This document shows, piece after piece, positions 45,404 through 55,465 of a DNA stretch of 64,000 bases. The stretch comes from an uncultured bacterium. GTDB lineage: Bacteria; Verrucomicrobiota; Kiritimatiellia; RFP12; UBA1067. Under the pieces are notes generated by a model that saw nothing but the letters and a program-made list of their open reading frames with translations, was not told the DNA's origin and searched no databases. A program made the translations under genes and the position numbers. The stretch spans positions 10,149 through 74,148 of the forward strand of contig CACZDG010000001.1 in NCBI GenBank assembly GCA_902779865.1. The letters run 5' to 3'. The stretch's first letter is position 1, and each line of letters begins with the position of its first letter.

Positions 45404-47428
45404 ATGACAGAAACGACCGAACGTCCTACGATGAAGATGCTCCCCGGAGACGAGGTGCGTCAGATAATGTGGCGCTTTGCCGAAAGGTATGATATTCAGA
45501 TGGCCGTCGCGGGCGCACGTAGCGTGGCGCGTGGCATCGTGGCCCAGCTCGTCGCTGGCGGACAGCGCAAGACTCATGATTGGACGCCCGAGAAGCAGGG
45601 CGCGTTCGACGCGTTTGACGCCTCTGGCATCACCGCGAGCACGCTCAAGCAGGAATACGGCGGGTTGTTCGACGGTCCGAAGAACCTCGCCTCGTCGCTG
45701 CTCTCCTACGAGCTCAGCTGGGTCGATAACGGCGCCGCGACGTCCGCGCTCGTGAACGGTCTCGCGATGGGGCCAATCGCCGAACTCGGCACGGACGAGC
45801 AGAAGGCCTACTACATGACGCGTTGCGCACCCGGCAACGAGACTGGCAAGACGTGGCGCGGGTCGTTCGCGCTCACGGAGCCGCTTCCATACGTGGGCGT
45901 CGATACGGGCGTTCTCTGCGGGCGCGTGAGCGTGGCGGAGTGGAAGGATGGCGAGGAGCCGAAGCTGCGCGTCGAGAAGCGCGGCCGCTTCATCACCAAC
46001 ATCGCAATCGCCGACTACGTGACCGTGGCCGTCAACTCCGGCGACGACCGCATCAAGGGCAGCTGCATGGTGATCGTGGAGGCCACGGATCCCGGCAAGT
46101 TCGACCGCGGCGCACAGACGCTCAAGTGCGTCCACCAGCTTTCCAACACGGGCGACCCCGTGATTGACGTCGTCGTGCCCGCCTCGCGCATCGTGGGCGG
46201 CTATACGATCAAGGACGGACAGATCGTGCCGAACCTCGCGCACTCCGAGATCATCGCGCAGGTCTTCTCTAAGACGCGCGTTGGCGTGGGCGTGATGGGT
46301 GCCGGTTCGCTCATGAGCGCAATCGAGCCCGTGATCCGCTACCAGCGCACGCGCTTCCGCGGCGCGGCGGGCGTGGATGAGACCTCGCCCCGCTACCAGC
46401 AGGGCCTCCAGATGAAGGAGGACGTGACGGAGCGTCTCGCCGATGTTTGGGCCACGGCCGAAGCTGCGTCCTCGCTCGGCTTCGACATCTCCCGTCGTTT
46501 CGACGCGCTCGAGCTCATCCAGGACGAGGCGAAGGCGAAGCTCGGCAAGGGCCGCGAGATGCTGAAGAACATGAAGGCGCCGATGGCCGCCGCCGCCGCG
46601 TTGCTCGCGGAAGGGAAGGATCCGATGGAGGATTCCGACGTCACCGTGCGCTATGTTTATTTGCAGGCGCTGTGCAACATCCTGTGTCCGAGCTGCAAGC
46701 TCTGGAACACGGGCCACGGCGCGAACGTGATGCGCGAGGCCGTGACGCTCATGGGCGGCTACGGTATCACGGAGGACTGTCCCGGATTCCTCTTCTACAA
46801 GTGGACGGACATGCAGCTCGACGCAACGTACGAAGGGCCCGAGGCCGTACAGCGCCGCCAGATTTCCGAGACGATGGCGAACCCGGTGTTCCTCGCGCAG
46901 CTCGAGGCGTGGGAGAAGGAACTCACTGCGTGCCCGAAGGCCGCCGAGAACGGCGCAAACGCCCTTGCGGCGGCGCTCCGTCTGTGGGCGTGGACGCGCG
47001 AATTCGCCGCCGGTGCGAAGGATCCCGCCGGCAAGAAGCTCGGCTCGTCGCAGCGTCACGGCGTGGTGTTTCCGCTTGCGGACGCGCTGGCTGGTCTCAT
47101 GGCTGCAATGAGCTTCTGGCAGGACATCCGCTTCCTCGCGCTCAACGGCGCGGAGCATCCCGTGGTGGGCCCGGAGCTTCCGAGCTACCTCAACACGTTC
47201 AACGACCTGCTCGGCACGTTTGTGGCGGATGTGGCGGGAGAGGCCGCGAAGGTGTGCGCGGGCGTGGTCTATGGCTTCGACGCCGCTACGGCGGATGACA
47301 AGGCGGCGTTCGCTGCGTTACGCGGCGCGCTGGACGAATCTCTTGCCGGTACGCGCCTCGCGAAGGACCGTGCGGCGAAGTGCCTGACCACGGTGATGAT
47401 TCCGGAGGCGCTCGACTATCCGATGTGA
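45404..47428 (+). CDS. acyl-CoA dehydrogenase family protein (long form, 674 aa)
   Basis: GSFALTEPLPYVGVD... and C-terminal ...DATYEGPEAVQRRQISETM resemble the ACAD catalytic and C-terminal domains. tTGATATACT -10 upstream, plus GGAAGGAAAAG RBS. Confidence 0.55.
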   Translation: MTETTERPTMKMLPGDEVRQIMWRFAERYDIQMAVAGARSVARGIVAQLVAGGQRKTHDWTPEKQGAFDAFDASGITASTLKQEYGGLFDGPKNLASSLLSYELSWVDNGAATSALVNGLAMGPIAELGTDEQKAYYMTRCAPGNETGKTWRGSFALTEPLPYVGVDTGVLCGRVSVAEWKDGEEPKLRVEKRGRFITNIAIADYVTVAVNSGDDRIKGSCMVIVEATDPGKFDRGAQTLKCVHQLSNTGDPVIDVVVPASRIVGGYTIKDGQIVPNLAHSEIIAQVFSKTRVGVGVMGAGSLMSAIEPVIRYQRTRFRGAAGVDETSPRYQQGLQMKEDVTERLADVWATAEAASSLGFDISRRFDALELIQDEAKAKLGKGREMLKNMKAPMAAAAALLAEGKDPMEDSDVTVRYVYLQALCNILCPSCKLWNTGHGANVMREAVTLMGGYGITEDCPGFLFYKWTDMQLDATYEGPEAVQRRQISETMANPVFLAQLEAWEKELTACPKAAENGANALAAALRLWAWTREFAAGAKDPAGKKLGSSQRHGVVFPLADALAGLMAAMSFWQDIRFLALNGAEHPVVGPELPSYLNTFNDLLGTFVADVAGEAAKVCAGVVYGFDAATADDKAAFAALRGALDESLAGTRLAKDRAAKCLTTVMIPEALDYPM

Positions 47429-47507
47429 TTTTTTTCACGGAGGGGTGTCAGTTCCGCAAGGTCTGCTCGCCTCACCAGATGTAAAACAAACAACAGGAGG
47501 TAAAACA

Positions 47508-47948
47508 ATGAACAAGAACAAACTCATCCTTGCAGCAGCGATTGTCTGCGCATTCATCGGTACGACGATGGCGAGACCCGGTCCCGGCCACCACGGTGGT
47601 CCCGGACATCGCGGACCTGCTCCCATGGTACACAGAGGCCCCGGCCCTGTCCACCACCACCACGGCTATCACCGTCCGCCGCCGCCCCCTCCCAGTCTCC
47701 ATGGCTGGCACCGCGGTCCGCGTCCGCACCACCTCTACCGCAATTGCTGGTTCGGTGGCGTGTGGTATGACGCATGGGGCTACCCCTATTCGTCAACGAC
47801 GGTTGTAGTGCCCGCCACCACGACCACGGTGGTTCCGGCCACGACGGTTGTTCCCGCGACGACGACGGTTGTGACGCCTGCGACGACGGTTGTTCCCGCC
47901 GCGCCCGTTGTCGCGCCTGCGGTTCCGGCCACGACCGTGGTTTACTGA
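47508..47948 (+). CDS. small secreted His/Pro/Gly-rich protein with Thr/Val/Pro repeats
   Basis: Signal peptide MNKNKLILAAAIVCAFIGTTMA. HHGGPGHRGPAPMVHRGPGPVHHHHGYHRPPPPPP...HGWHRGPRPHH. Then (TTVVPATT)n. GGAGG RBS. Confidence 0.55.
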   Translation: MNKNKLILAAAIVCAFIGTTMARPGPGHHGGPGHRGPAPMVHRGPGPVHHHHGYHRPPPPPPSLHGWHRGPRPHHLYRNCWFGGVWYDAWGYPYSSTTVVVPATTTTVVPATTVVPATTTVVTPATTVVPAAPVVAPAVPATTVVY

Positions 47949-48039
47949 CCGGGTAGTCCAAATCCGGTTCGCGCCCAGGACGGCAATAGCCGTTCTGGGT
48001 TGAAGTGCATACAAAAGAGAAAGAAAGAGAAATCAAAAG

Positions 48040-49626
48040 ATGAGACCAGTTGTATTGATCGTCCGTGACGGATGGGGCGTGAACTCGCACCATGAAGGCA
48101 ATTCCGTGGTGGCGGCGAAGACGCCGGTGATCGACCAGATCCGCGCACGCTATCCGCATTGCCTGCTTGACTGCTGCGGCGAGGCCGTGGGACTACCGGA
48201 CGGCTATCAGGGCAGTTCCGAGGTAGGGCACCTCAACATGGGTGCGGGGCGCATTGTGGTGCAGGAATTGAAGCGCATCGACGACGGCCTTTCCTCGGGT
48301 GAGCTCTTCAAGAGCCCGAAGTGGGCGAACCTGATGGAGAACTGGAAGAAGAACGCGAGCCAGCTGCACTTCTTTGGGCTTCTGCAGGATGAAGGCGTCC
48401 ATGCGCACCAGGAGCACCTTTACAAGCTAATGAAGCGCGCGCGCCAGGAGAACCCGGCAGGCAAGATCGTGGTGCATCCGTTTCTTGACGGACGCGACAC
48501 GCCGCCGCGTTCCACGCTTGAGTACATCGCCCGACTGAAAACCGAAATGGCGGCGGTGGGCAACTGCACGATTGGCACCGTCATGGGCCGCTACTACGGC
48601 ATGGATCGCGTGAAGAACTGGACCCTCACCGACCTCGCCTACAACTGCATTGTCTCGTGTGAAGGACGCAAGGTCGCGAACGCCGAGGAGGCCGTAAAGG
48701 CGTCGTATGAAAACGACAAGACCCCTGACGGCACGCCGATGACGGACGAGTACATCCCCTGCTGCGTGGTGGATGGCTACGAAGGCGTGAAGGACGGCGA
48801 CTGCATCATGCACACGAACTACCGCCAGGACCGCGCGATCCAGCTTACGCAGGCGTTCGTATGCTCGGACTACGCGGGCAACCGCCACGCGACGCCGAAG
48901 GTCACGTACCTTGGCTTCACGCGCTACTGGGACGAGTTCGAGGACTACCTGCTCGGCGCAATGGGCGCGGGCGGTGGTATGGACAACCTCCTCGGCGAGG
49001 TCGTGTCGCGCGCCGGCATCAAGCAGCTGCGCCTTGCCGAGACGCAGAAGTTCCGCCACGTGACGAGCTTCTTCAACGGCAAATCGACTACGCCATCCGA
49101 GGGCGAGGACCAGGTGGAGGTGAAGAGCCGTTTCGACCCCGCCACGTTCGCGAGCCATCCGGAGATGGACGCCTACAACGTGACCGACGAGCTTCTTAAG
49201 CGCCTCGAGAACAATCCCTACGGCTTCATCGTGGTCAACTACGCGAACTGCGACATGGTCGGCCACACGGGCGATCCGAAGGCGGCATCGAAGGCCGTCG
49301 AGGTGGTGGACGAGTGCATCGGGAAAATCATGCCGCGTCTCATGGAGCTTGACGCCCACGTGCTCATCTACGCCGACCACGGCAACGCAGAGCAGATGGT
49401 GGATTACAAGACCGGCATGGTGAAGACCTCGCACACGCTCAATCTCGTAGATTGCTTCTACGTGGCCAACGACGCGGCGGGCGTGCGTCTCACGCCGCTC
49501 GCGAAGTTGAGCGCAGTTGCGCCCACCGCGCTGCAGATGCTCGGACTTCCCGTTCCGCCGGAAATGACCACACCCTCGCTCCTCGCGGGCAAGGAACCGT
49601 GGTCGAAGACGGCGCTTAACATCTGA
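48040..49626 (+). CDS. gpmI: 2,3-bisphosphoglycerate-independent phosphoglycerate mutase
   Basis: MRPVVLIVRDGWG...GNSVVAAKTPVIDQI...GSSEVGHLNMGAGRIV is the iPGM N-terminus. Full length 528 aa. Confidence 0.9.
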   Translation: MRPVVLIVRDGWGVNSHHEGNSVVAAKTPVIDQIRARYPHCLLDCCGEAVGLPDGYQGSSEVGHLNMGAGRIVVQELKRIDDGLSSGELFKSPKWANLMENWKKNASQLHFFGLLQDEGVHAHQEHLYKLMKRARQENPAGKIVVHPFLDGRDTPPRSTLEYIARLKTEMAAVGNCTIGTVMGRYYGMDRVKNWTLTDLAYNCIVSCEGRKVANAEEAVKASYENDKTPDGTPMTDEYIPCCVVDGYEGVKDGDCIMHTNYRQDRAIQLTQAFVCSDYAGNRHATPKVTYLGFTRYWDEFEDYLLGAMGAGGGMDNLLGEVVSRAGIKQLRLAETQKFRHVTSFFNGKSTTPSEGEDQVEVKSRFDPATFASHPEMDAYNVTDELLKRLENNPYGFIVVNYANCDMVGHTGDPKAASKAVEVVDECIGKIMPRLMELDAHVLIYADHGNAEQMVDYKTGMVKTSHTLNLVDCFYVANDAAGVRLTPLAKLSAVAPTALQMLGLPVPPEMTTPSLLAGKEPWSKTALNI

Positions 49627-49636
49627 CGGGAGCGCG

Positions 49637-50950
49637 GTGCCCGGACGGTTGCTAGCGGCATTGCTGGCGTTGGCGCTATGTGCGTCGGCGCCGCTTGCCG
49701 CCGCACCACTCGTGCTGAAGGACGACTACCGCTCGCCGCGAAACGGCGAGCGCCCGGTGCGCAGGGCCACGACCCTCATCGTGCTGCACACCACCGAGGC
49801 GCCGGCGAAAAGTTCGCTCAACAAACTGTGCGAACGCGGCGAGGCTCACTACTGCGTGACGGAGGACGGCACGGTGTACCGCATTGTTGACAAGGAACGC
49901 GAGGCGTTCCACGCGGGGCGGTCGATGTGGAACGGCAAGGAAGACTGCGATGAGTTCTCCATCGGCATCGAGGTGGTTGGGCACCACGACAAGGCCGTCA
50001 CGCTCCTGCAAATCGCCGCGCTGCGCGAGCTTGTCGCACGCCTCAAGCGCATGTACAAAGTCCCCGACGGACGTGTCGTTTGCCATTCGCATATTGCGTA
50101 CGGTGCGCCGAACACCTGGCACAAGAAAAAGCACCGAGGGCGCAAGCGCTGCGGGATGCTCTTCGCCATGCCGAGCGTGCGTTCGCGGCTCGGTCTCGCG
50201 GCGCGCGTTGCATACGATCCGGACGTCAAGGCGAAGCGGCTCGTCCAGGCCGATCCGGAACTCGCAGAAGTCCTTTACGGTACGCGCGACACGATGGTTG
50301 CGGTTTACAGCGAACGGAAACCGAGTCTTTCCGCTGCACCGTCCAAGCCTAAGCCTGCTGCACCAAAGGCAGTGGTGAAAAAAACGAAGCCTGCCGCGCC
50401 GAAGGCCGTAGCGGAGAAACCGAAGTCACCCCCACCAAAAGCGGTGGCGGAAAAGCCGAAGCCAGTTGCGCCAAAAGCGGTCGCGGAGAAATCAAAACCG
50501 CCAGTAGCCACGCCCGTACACAAGGAGGTGATTACGGTCAAGACGCCTCCGCCGATAGTGAAACCAGCAAAGCCGAAGTACGTGGTGCAACCGCCGGAAG
50601 AGGAAAAGGGCGTGTTGTCGGAGATAGGTGGATTCTTCAAGAACACTGCGAAGCTCATCATACCGAAGAAGAAAGAGGAACCTCCTGCCACACCCGTGGT
50701 GAAGGGGAAAAAGCTGACGAAGCCCCCACAGATACTCACGCGTGATCCTCGCGACCTTGCCGCGTTGGAGGCAATGCCTGGATACGTGAAGGGCGGCCCA
50801 GTCAGCGACGAACTTTCCCCGTACCGCATAGCCGGTGCGGCGTGGCGTTCGCCCACAACCTACTACTACATGAACGGCCGCATCGTCACTGGCGACCGCG
50901 TGAACGAGAAGCTCGTCGAGAAGGGTTCGTTCATATTCTACAAGAAATAA
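49637..50950 (+). CDS. N-acetylmuramoyl-L-alanine amidase (Amidase_2/PGRP-like) with Pro/Ala/Lys-rich 12-aa repeats
   Basis: Signal peptide. Amidase_2 core (LIVLHTTE...HAGRSMWNGKEDCDEFSIGIEVVGH...). Four repeats KPAAPKAV(V/A)(K/E)K(T/P/S) encoded at ~50351-50494. Confidence 0.7.
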   Translation: MPGRLLAALLALALCASAPLAAAPLVLKDDYRSPRNGERPVRRATTLIVLHTTEAPAKSSLNKLCERGEAHYCVTEDGTVYRIVDKEREAFHAGRSMWNGKEDCDEFSIGIEVVGHHDKAVTLLQIAALRELVARLKRMYKVPDGRVVCHSHIAYGAPNTWHKKKHRGRKRCGMLFAMPSVRSRLGLAARVAYDPDVKAKRLVQADPELAEVLYGTRDTMVAVYSERKPSLSAAPSKPKPAAPKAVVKKTKPAAPKAVAEKPKSPPPKAVAEKPKPVAPKAVAEKSKPPVATPVHKEVITVKTPPPIVKPAKPKYVVQPPEEEKGVLSEIGGFFKNTAKLIIPKKKEEPPATPVVKGKKLTKPPQILTRDPRDLAALEAMPGYVKGGPVSDELSPYRIAGAAWRSPTTYYYMNGRIVTGDRVNEKLVEKGSFIFYKK

Positions 50951-50974
50951 TGAACAATGAAAGGATGAACGATT

Positions 50975-52231
50975 ATGAAGATTGTTAAAACTTGTCGCAG
51001 TGCGTTTGCCGTTACAGTTGTTGTGATGTGTGCGGCGACGGCATCGTTTGCCGAGCAGCCGGCGGGACGTAAGCCCGTGATCGACTGCACGAAAATACGC
51101 GGCGTGTGCTACGGCATCCGTCCGGAGGAGACCGTGCGCAAGGAACTCGCGTATGGCACTAGGGTTGGGCTAAACACGGTGCGGTTCTGGCTCAGCAGGG
51201 GCGTGTACGAGAAGCGAGGCGACAAGTACATCCAGCAGATTCTCGATTTCATGAGGACGTGCCACTCGTGCGGCTACAAGTCGATGCCGATACTCTTCAA
51301 CGGCAACGGACTCAATCCGAATAGCATTCAGCCAGAGGCGTATGCCTCCGCCGACCGCTTCACCGAGGCGATCGTCACGGCGCTCAAGGATGAACCGGGG
51401 CTTCTCATGTTCGACATGATGAACGAGCCGCTGTGCAACCCGTGGGTATCCAACGCGACGGGCGACGTGCGAAAGGTGCGCAAGGAGATGACATGGGCGT
51501 TCCTCCGGCGCGAGATTGACGTGGCGCGGAAACTTGCGCCGAACTGTCTGTTCACCGTGGGCTACACGACGGCGTACGAGATTGAGCAGACGACGGCGGA
51601 GAGGCTTGACGTCATATCATTCCACGATTACAGCGAATCGCGTGTGGGAGGGCGCAGCAACTACGCCAGGGCGGCGGAGTGGGGGCGCAAGCTCGGCAAG
51701 CAGGTGATCCAGACCGAAACTGGCTGCCTCGCGCGCGCCAATTCCTACGAGATGGCCCTGCAGCTGTGCCACGAGTACAAGATTGGGTGGGTGCTCTTCG
51801 ACCTGATAATCGACGGAAGGTGCATTGACGAGCACGGCATATTCTATCCAGACGGCACTATACGCGACGCGGGGACGATTGCTGCGATGTTCGGATGCTT
51901 CAGGAACCGCGGCGAAAAGTGCGCGGTCGTACCGCCGAACCCAAACCGCGAGGGCAAGGCCGACAGGGCTCTAACGCTGATACGCGAGGCACTCAAGGAA
52001 TACACCGCCGACGCGTTCGACTACCGCCGCAGCGACAAGAAGAAACTGCTCGACGCATGCGAGGTGGCGGCGAACCTCCTTGAGGCGTGCGAGCTTGTGC
52101 CGATGTGCGACCTGCCTACAACGAAGATCGCAGCGTTCAGGAACGACCCCAAAGCCGACCTCTGGGAGATTCGCAAGCTCGCCTATTCGCTTGCGAAGCG
52201 GCTCAAGGAAGTTTGCCAGATAGTTGACTGA
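50975..52231 (+). CDS. secreted glycoside hydrolase, clan GH-A TIM barrel (GH5/GH113-like)
   Basis: Signal peptide. LNTVRFWLSRGVYE. FDMMNEPL with the NEP acid/base motif. No finer family assignment possible. Confidence 0.5.
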   Translation: MKIVKTCRSAFAVTVVVMCAATASFAEQPAGRKPVIDCTKIRGVCYGIRPEETVRKELAYGTRVGLNTVRFWLSRGVYEKRGDKYIQQILDFMRTCHSCGYKSMPILFNGNGLNPNSIQPEAYASADRFTEAIVTALKDEPGLLMFDMMNEPLCNPWVSNATGDVRKVRKEMTWAFLRREIDVARKLAPNCLFTVGYTTAYEIEQTTAERLDVISFHDYSESRVGGRSNYARAAEWGRKLGKQVIQTETGCLARANSYEMALQLCHEYKIGWVLFDLIIDGRCIDEHGIFYPDGTIRDAGTIAAMFGCFRNRGEKCAVVPPNPNREGKADRALTLIREALKEYTADAFDYRRSDKKKLLDACEVAANLLEACELVPMCDLPTTKIAAFRNDPKADLWEIRKLAYSLAKRLKEVCQIVD

Positions 52232-53685
52232 TGAAGATGAAATGTAACATGACGAGAAGGGATTTCATAGCGCTTACGGGCGCGGCATGTTTCAACATCG
52301 GCAATGCGGCGACGCTGCCGCGCACCGTCGGTAAGGGCCGTCGCATCCGCATGGCCCTAGTGGGATGCGGAAACCGGGGAACGAACTTCCTGTTGCAGGA
52401 GATGGTGAAGGAACAGGTCATCGCGCTCGCTGATCCGAACGGACGGAACCTCGAGGCCGCGCTCGCGAAACTGCGCCAACTTGATCCGGCCATCGACACT
52501 TTGAAGGTGAAGACGTTCCGCGACTACCGCGAGATGTTCGACAAGGCGTCCGGCGAGATTGACGCCGTGGTGGTAGCCGCTAACAACAACCACCATGCTC
52601 TTCCAGCGCTTATGGCGATGCGGCGCGGAATCCACGTGTACGTGGAGAAGCCGCTCGCAAACACGCTGGAGGAAATCCATGCGCTGCGTGATGCCGCGAA
52701 GAAGTACGGCGTCGTGACGCAGGCAGGACACCAGGGACACTCCGCGCACGGCATACGCCTTGCCGCCGAGTACATGGCGGCGGGCGCGTTCGGCGAGGTA
52801 AAGGAGGTATGGTGCTGGCACGGTGCGATGCAGGCGCGTCCGAGCCGCCCACCACGCATCGCGCCGCCGTCGTGGATCGACTGGGACGTGTGGTGCGGCG
52901 GGGCACCTCTGTGCGGTTGGTACGCCGCCGACGAGGTGTTTCCCGAACTTTCCAGACACGACTGGCACAGCTGGATCGACTACGGCAACGGTACGGTTGG
53001 CAACTGGGGCGCACACATCTTCGACACGCCGATGTTCATGCTGGGCCTCGACAAGACTCCGCCCGTCTCCGTGGAGGCGAAGGAAATCGCGCTGGGCGCG
53101 GAAGGGGGATGGCCGATGCGCACGCACGTAGAGTTCACGTTCCCCGCACGCGGCAAGGCGCCGCCGGTGAAGCTGCATTGGTACGACGGCATCCGGGAAG
53201 GCGTGCCGTTCAAGAAGCCGTATTACGAGGGATTCTACGGGAAGATATCCCGCCGTCAGGACCAATTCCTTCCGCCGGAGCTGTTGGAAGATGAGAAGCG
53301 TTATTGCGCCGGAAAGAAAGGCGTGTCGTTCGGCGGCATGGGCGCGATGATCCGCATCGACGGCGGCGTCGTAACGTTCGGCGGATGGGGCGCGGGACCC
53401 CGCTTCTGGCCCAACGGCCTTCACAAGAAGTTCCCCAAGCCGCCGCAGCTCTTCGAGCGCGTCGCATCGCATTTCGGAAGTTTCTGCGACGCCATCCGCA
53501 ACGGCAGAAAAGCCTCCACGGACTTCGACTACGGCGCACCGCTGGCGGACCTCACGGCGTTCGTGAACGTCGCCCAGCGGGTAGGATGCAAGAAGCTTCT
53601 ATGGGATGGCAGTCGTTTCACTAATGACGCCAAGGCCAATTCATACACAACAAAGGAGTATCGCAATGGTTGGAAACTGTATTAA
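52231..53685 (+). CDS. Gfo/Idh/MocA family oxidoreductase with Tat signal
   Basis: TRRDFIALTGAACF twin-arginine motif. RMALVGCGNRG Rossmann. VYVEKPLA. TGATG coupling with the upstream gene. Confidence 0.8.
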   Translation: MKMKCNMTRRDFIALTGAACFNIGNAATLPRTVGKGRRIRMALVGCGNRGTNFLLQEMVKEQVIALADPNGRNLEAALAKLRQLDPAIDTLKVKTFRDYREMFDKASGEIDAVVVAANNNHHALPALMAMRRGIHVYVEKPLANTLEEIHALRDAAKKYGVVTQAGHQGHSAHGIRLAAEYMAAGAFGEVKEVWCWHGAMQARPSRPPRIAPPSWIDWDVWCGGAPLCGWYAADEVFPELSRHDWHSWIDYGNGTVGNWGAHIFDTPMFMLGLDKTPPVSVEAKEIALGAEGGWPMRTHVEFTFPARGKAPPVKLHWYDGIREGVPFKKPYYEGFYGKISRRQDQFLPPELLEDEKRYCAGKKGVSFGGMGAMIRIDGGVVTFGGWGAGPRFWPNGLHKKFPKPPQLFERVASHFGSFCDAIRNGRKASTDFDYGAPLADLTAFVNVAQRVGCKKLLWDGSRFTNDAKANSYTTKEYRNGWKLY

Positions 53686-54568
53686 TTCGCGTATCTCGGC
53701 TGTTTGCGCAAGCGCCGTCTTGATTGCATTCCCGTCTGCCGCCATGACGGAGGCGGAGGGACACGTGGAGGGCGTTGTACGCGAGGTGCTGACGAACGTC
53801 GCCAAAATGAAGGCAGCGCGTCCAGACGCGCAGCCGATGGCGTTTTGGGATTTCGACGGCACGATTCTCAAGGGCGACATCAGCGAAGGGTTGGAGGAGA
53901 ACGGCGAGAAGAAGTTCGCGGGACTTGTCGAGGAAACGATAAAGGCCGGTCTTTCGCCCGTCTATTCCGGCGCGGATGGATGGCGGCAGTACCACGACGT
54001 CGATTATCCGCGCATGAACGCGATAGGGCGTTGGCTCGCGTGGCCGTACAATGCGCAGATATACGAGGGCGTGGAGGTGGCGAAGCTCGATTGCTTCTGC
54101 TCGGAGAAGGTGGCGAGCGTTTACCGCAAATGGTATTTCGTTTCGTCGCTTGCTATATGGCGCGCCTTGGAGACGGCGGGGGTGGAGAACTACGTTGTGA
54201 GCGCGAGCCCTGAGATCTACGTGCGTAGCGCGGCGGCATCGCTCGGCGTGCCGCAGTCCCGCGTGAGGGCGATTCGCGTGGAGATCGACGGGGGGCGCAT
54301 GACGACGCGAGTTGTGCACCCGGTGCCGTTCGGTGAGGGGAAAGTGGAGAACGTGCGCCAGCTGGTGCTGTCGCGTCCGAACGGCGTGGCCGTTGCGGGA
54401 TTTGGCAACAGCTACTCGACGGACGGCGCGTTTCTGCGATATATCGTCTCGCAGCCGCTGCCAGGCGGCGCGAAGGGTTTTGCCATGATGATAAACGGCG
54501 GCAAGGAGAAACCCGGCTTCGAGGGGTTGTTCATGCGCGTCGAACAGAACTCCGTCTGTGGGCGGTGA
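53666..54568 (+). CDS. HAD-superfamily hydrolase (HAD-IB-like), secreted
   Basis: Signal peptide. FWDFDGTILKGD motif I (DxDGT). AAGGAG RBS. Overlaps the 3' end of the upstream gene by 20 nt. Confidence 0.5.
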   Translation: MVGNCINSRISAVCASAVLIAFPSAAMTEAEGHVEGVVREVLTNVAKMKAARPDAQPMAFWDFDGTILKGDISEGLEENGEKKFAGLVEETIKAGLSPVYSGADGWRQYHDVDYPRMNAIGRWLAWPYNAQIYEGVEVAKLDCFCSEKVASVYRKWYFVSSLAIWRALETAGVENYVVSASPEIYVRSAAASLGVPQSRVRAIRVEIDGGRMTTRVVHPVPFGEGKVENVRQLVLSRPNGVAVAGFGNSYSTDGAFLRYIVSQPLPGGAKGFAMMINGGKEKPGFEGLFMRVEQNSVCGR

Positions 54569-54586
54569 GCTGTTTGAGGATTAAAG

Positions 54587-55453
54587 ATGGCCATTTCAAG
54601 TTCCTGTTTTGCGGCGGTGGCGTTCGCCGTTCCGAGTTGGGTTGTCAGCGTGTTGCTCGGCGTTGTCATGTTCGGCATGGGGCTGACCATCAAGCTCGAA
54701 GATTTCAAGGTAGTGTTCAGCCGGCCGAAGGACGTCATCGTTGGCTGCGTGACGCAGTTTACGGTGATGCCCGCGCTTGCGTGGGCGCTTTCGAGGCTTT
54801 TCAACCTCGACGAGGCGTTGACCGTGGGCGTGGTGCTTGTGGGGTGCTGTCCCGGCGGGACTGCATCGAACGTGATGACGTTTCTTGCAAAGGGCGACCT
54901 TGCGCTGTCGGTTGGCATGACCGGCGTCTCAACCCTGCTCGCGCCGTTTCTCACGCCGCTCCTAACGCTGCTTCTCGCGGGGAAGACGGTTGAAGTAAAC
55001 GCGCTTGGGATGTTCGTCGGAATCCTCTGGGTTGTCGTGCTGCCGATCTGCCTTGGTTTCATCGCGAAGAAGCTCTTCCCGCAGACGACGGAAAGGGTGG
55101 TGCGTTTCATGCCGGCGGTATCGACGACGGCGATTGCGGTCATTATCGCGATCATCGTGGCTGCAAACGCGGAGCGCCTTTTCTCCGGCGGTCTGGCGGT
55201 CGTACTCGTGGTCGTGTTGCACAACGTCTGCGGACTTCTCCTTGGTTACCTCGTCGCGGCTGCGCTGCGGCTTTCAGAACCGAAGCGCAGGGCTCTCTGC
55301 ATAGAGGTTGGAATGCAGAATTCTGGGCTTGCGGCGAGCCTCGCGGCGGCGCACTTCGCGGCGTATCCGATGGCGGCCGTTCCCGGCGCGATATTCAGCG
55401 TGTGGCACAACGTGAGCGGCGCGTTCGCCGCCCGCTTCTTTACGAGGCGATGA
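54587..55453 (+). CDS. bile acid:sodium symporter (BASS) family transporter
   Basis: Polytopic membrane protein with GCCPGGTASNVMTFLAKGD and a typical BASS layout. Confidence 0.75.
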   Translation: MAISSSCFAAVAFAVPSWVVSVLLGVVMFGMGLTIKLEDFKVVFSRPKDVIVGCVTQFTVMPALAWALSRLFNLDEALTVGVVLVGCCPGGTASNVMTFLAKGDLALSVGMTGVSTLLAPFLTPLLTLLLAGKTVEVNALGMFVGILWVVVLPICLGFIAKKLFPQTTERVVRFMPAVSTTAIAVIIAIIVAANAERLFSGGLAVVLVVVLHNVCGLLLGYLVAAALRLSEPKRRALCIEVGMQNSGLAASLAAAHFAAYPMAAVPGAIFSVWHNVSGAFAARFFTRR

Positions 55454-55465
55454 GCCCGCCCCATT

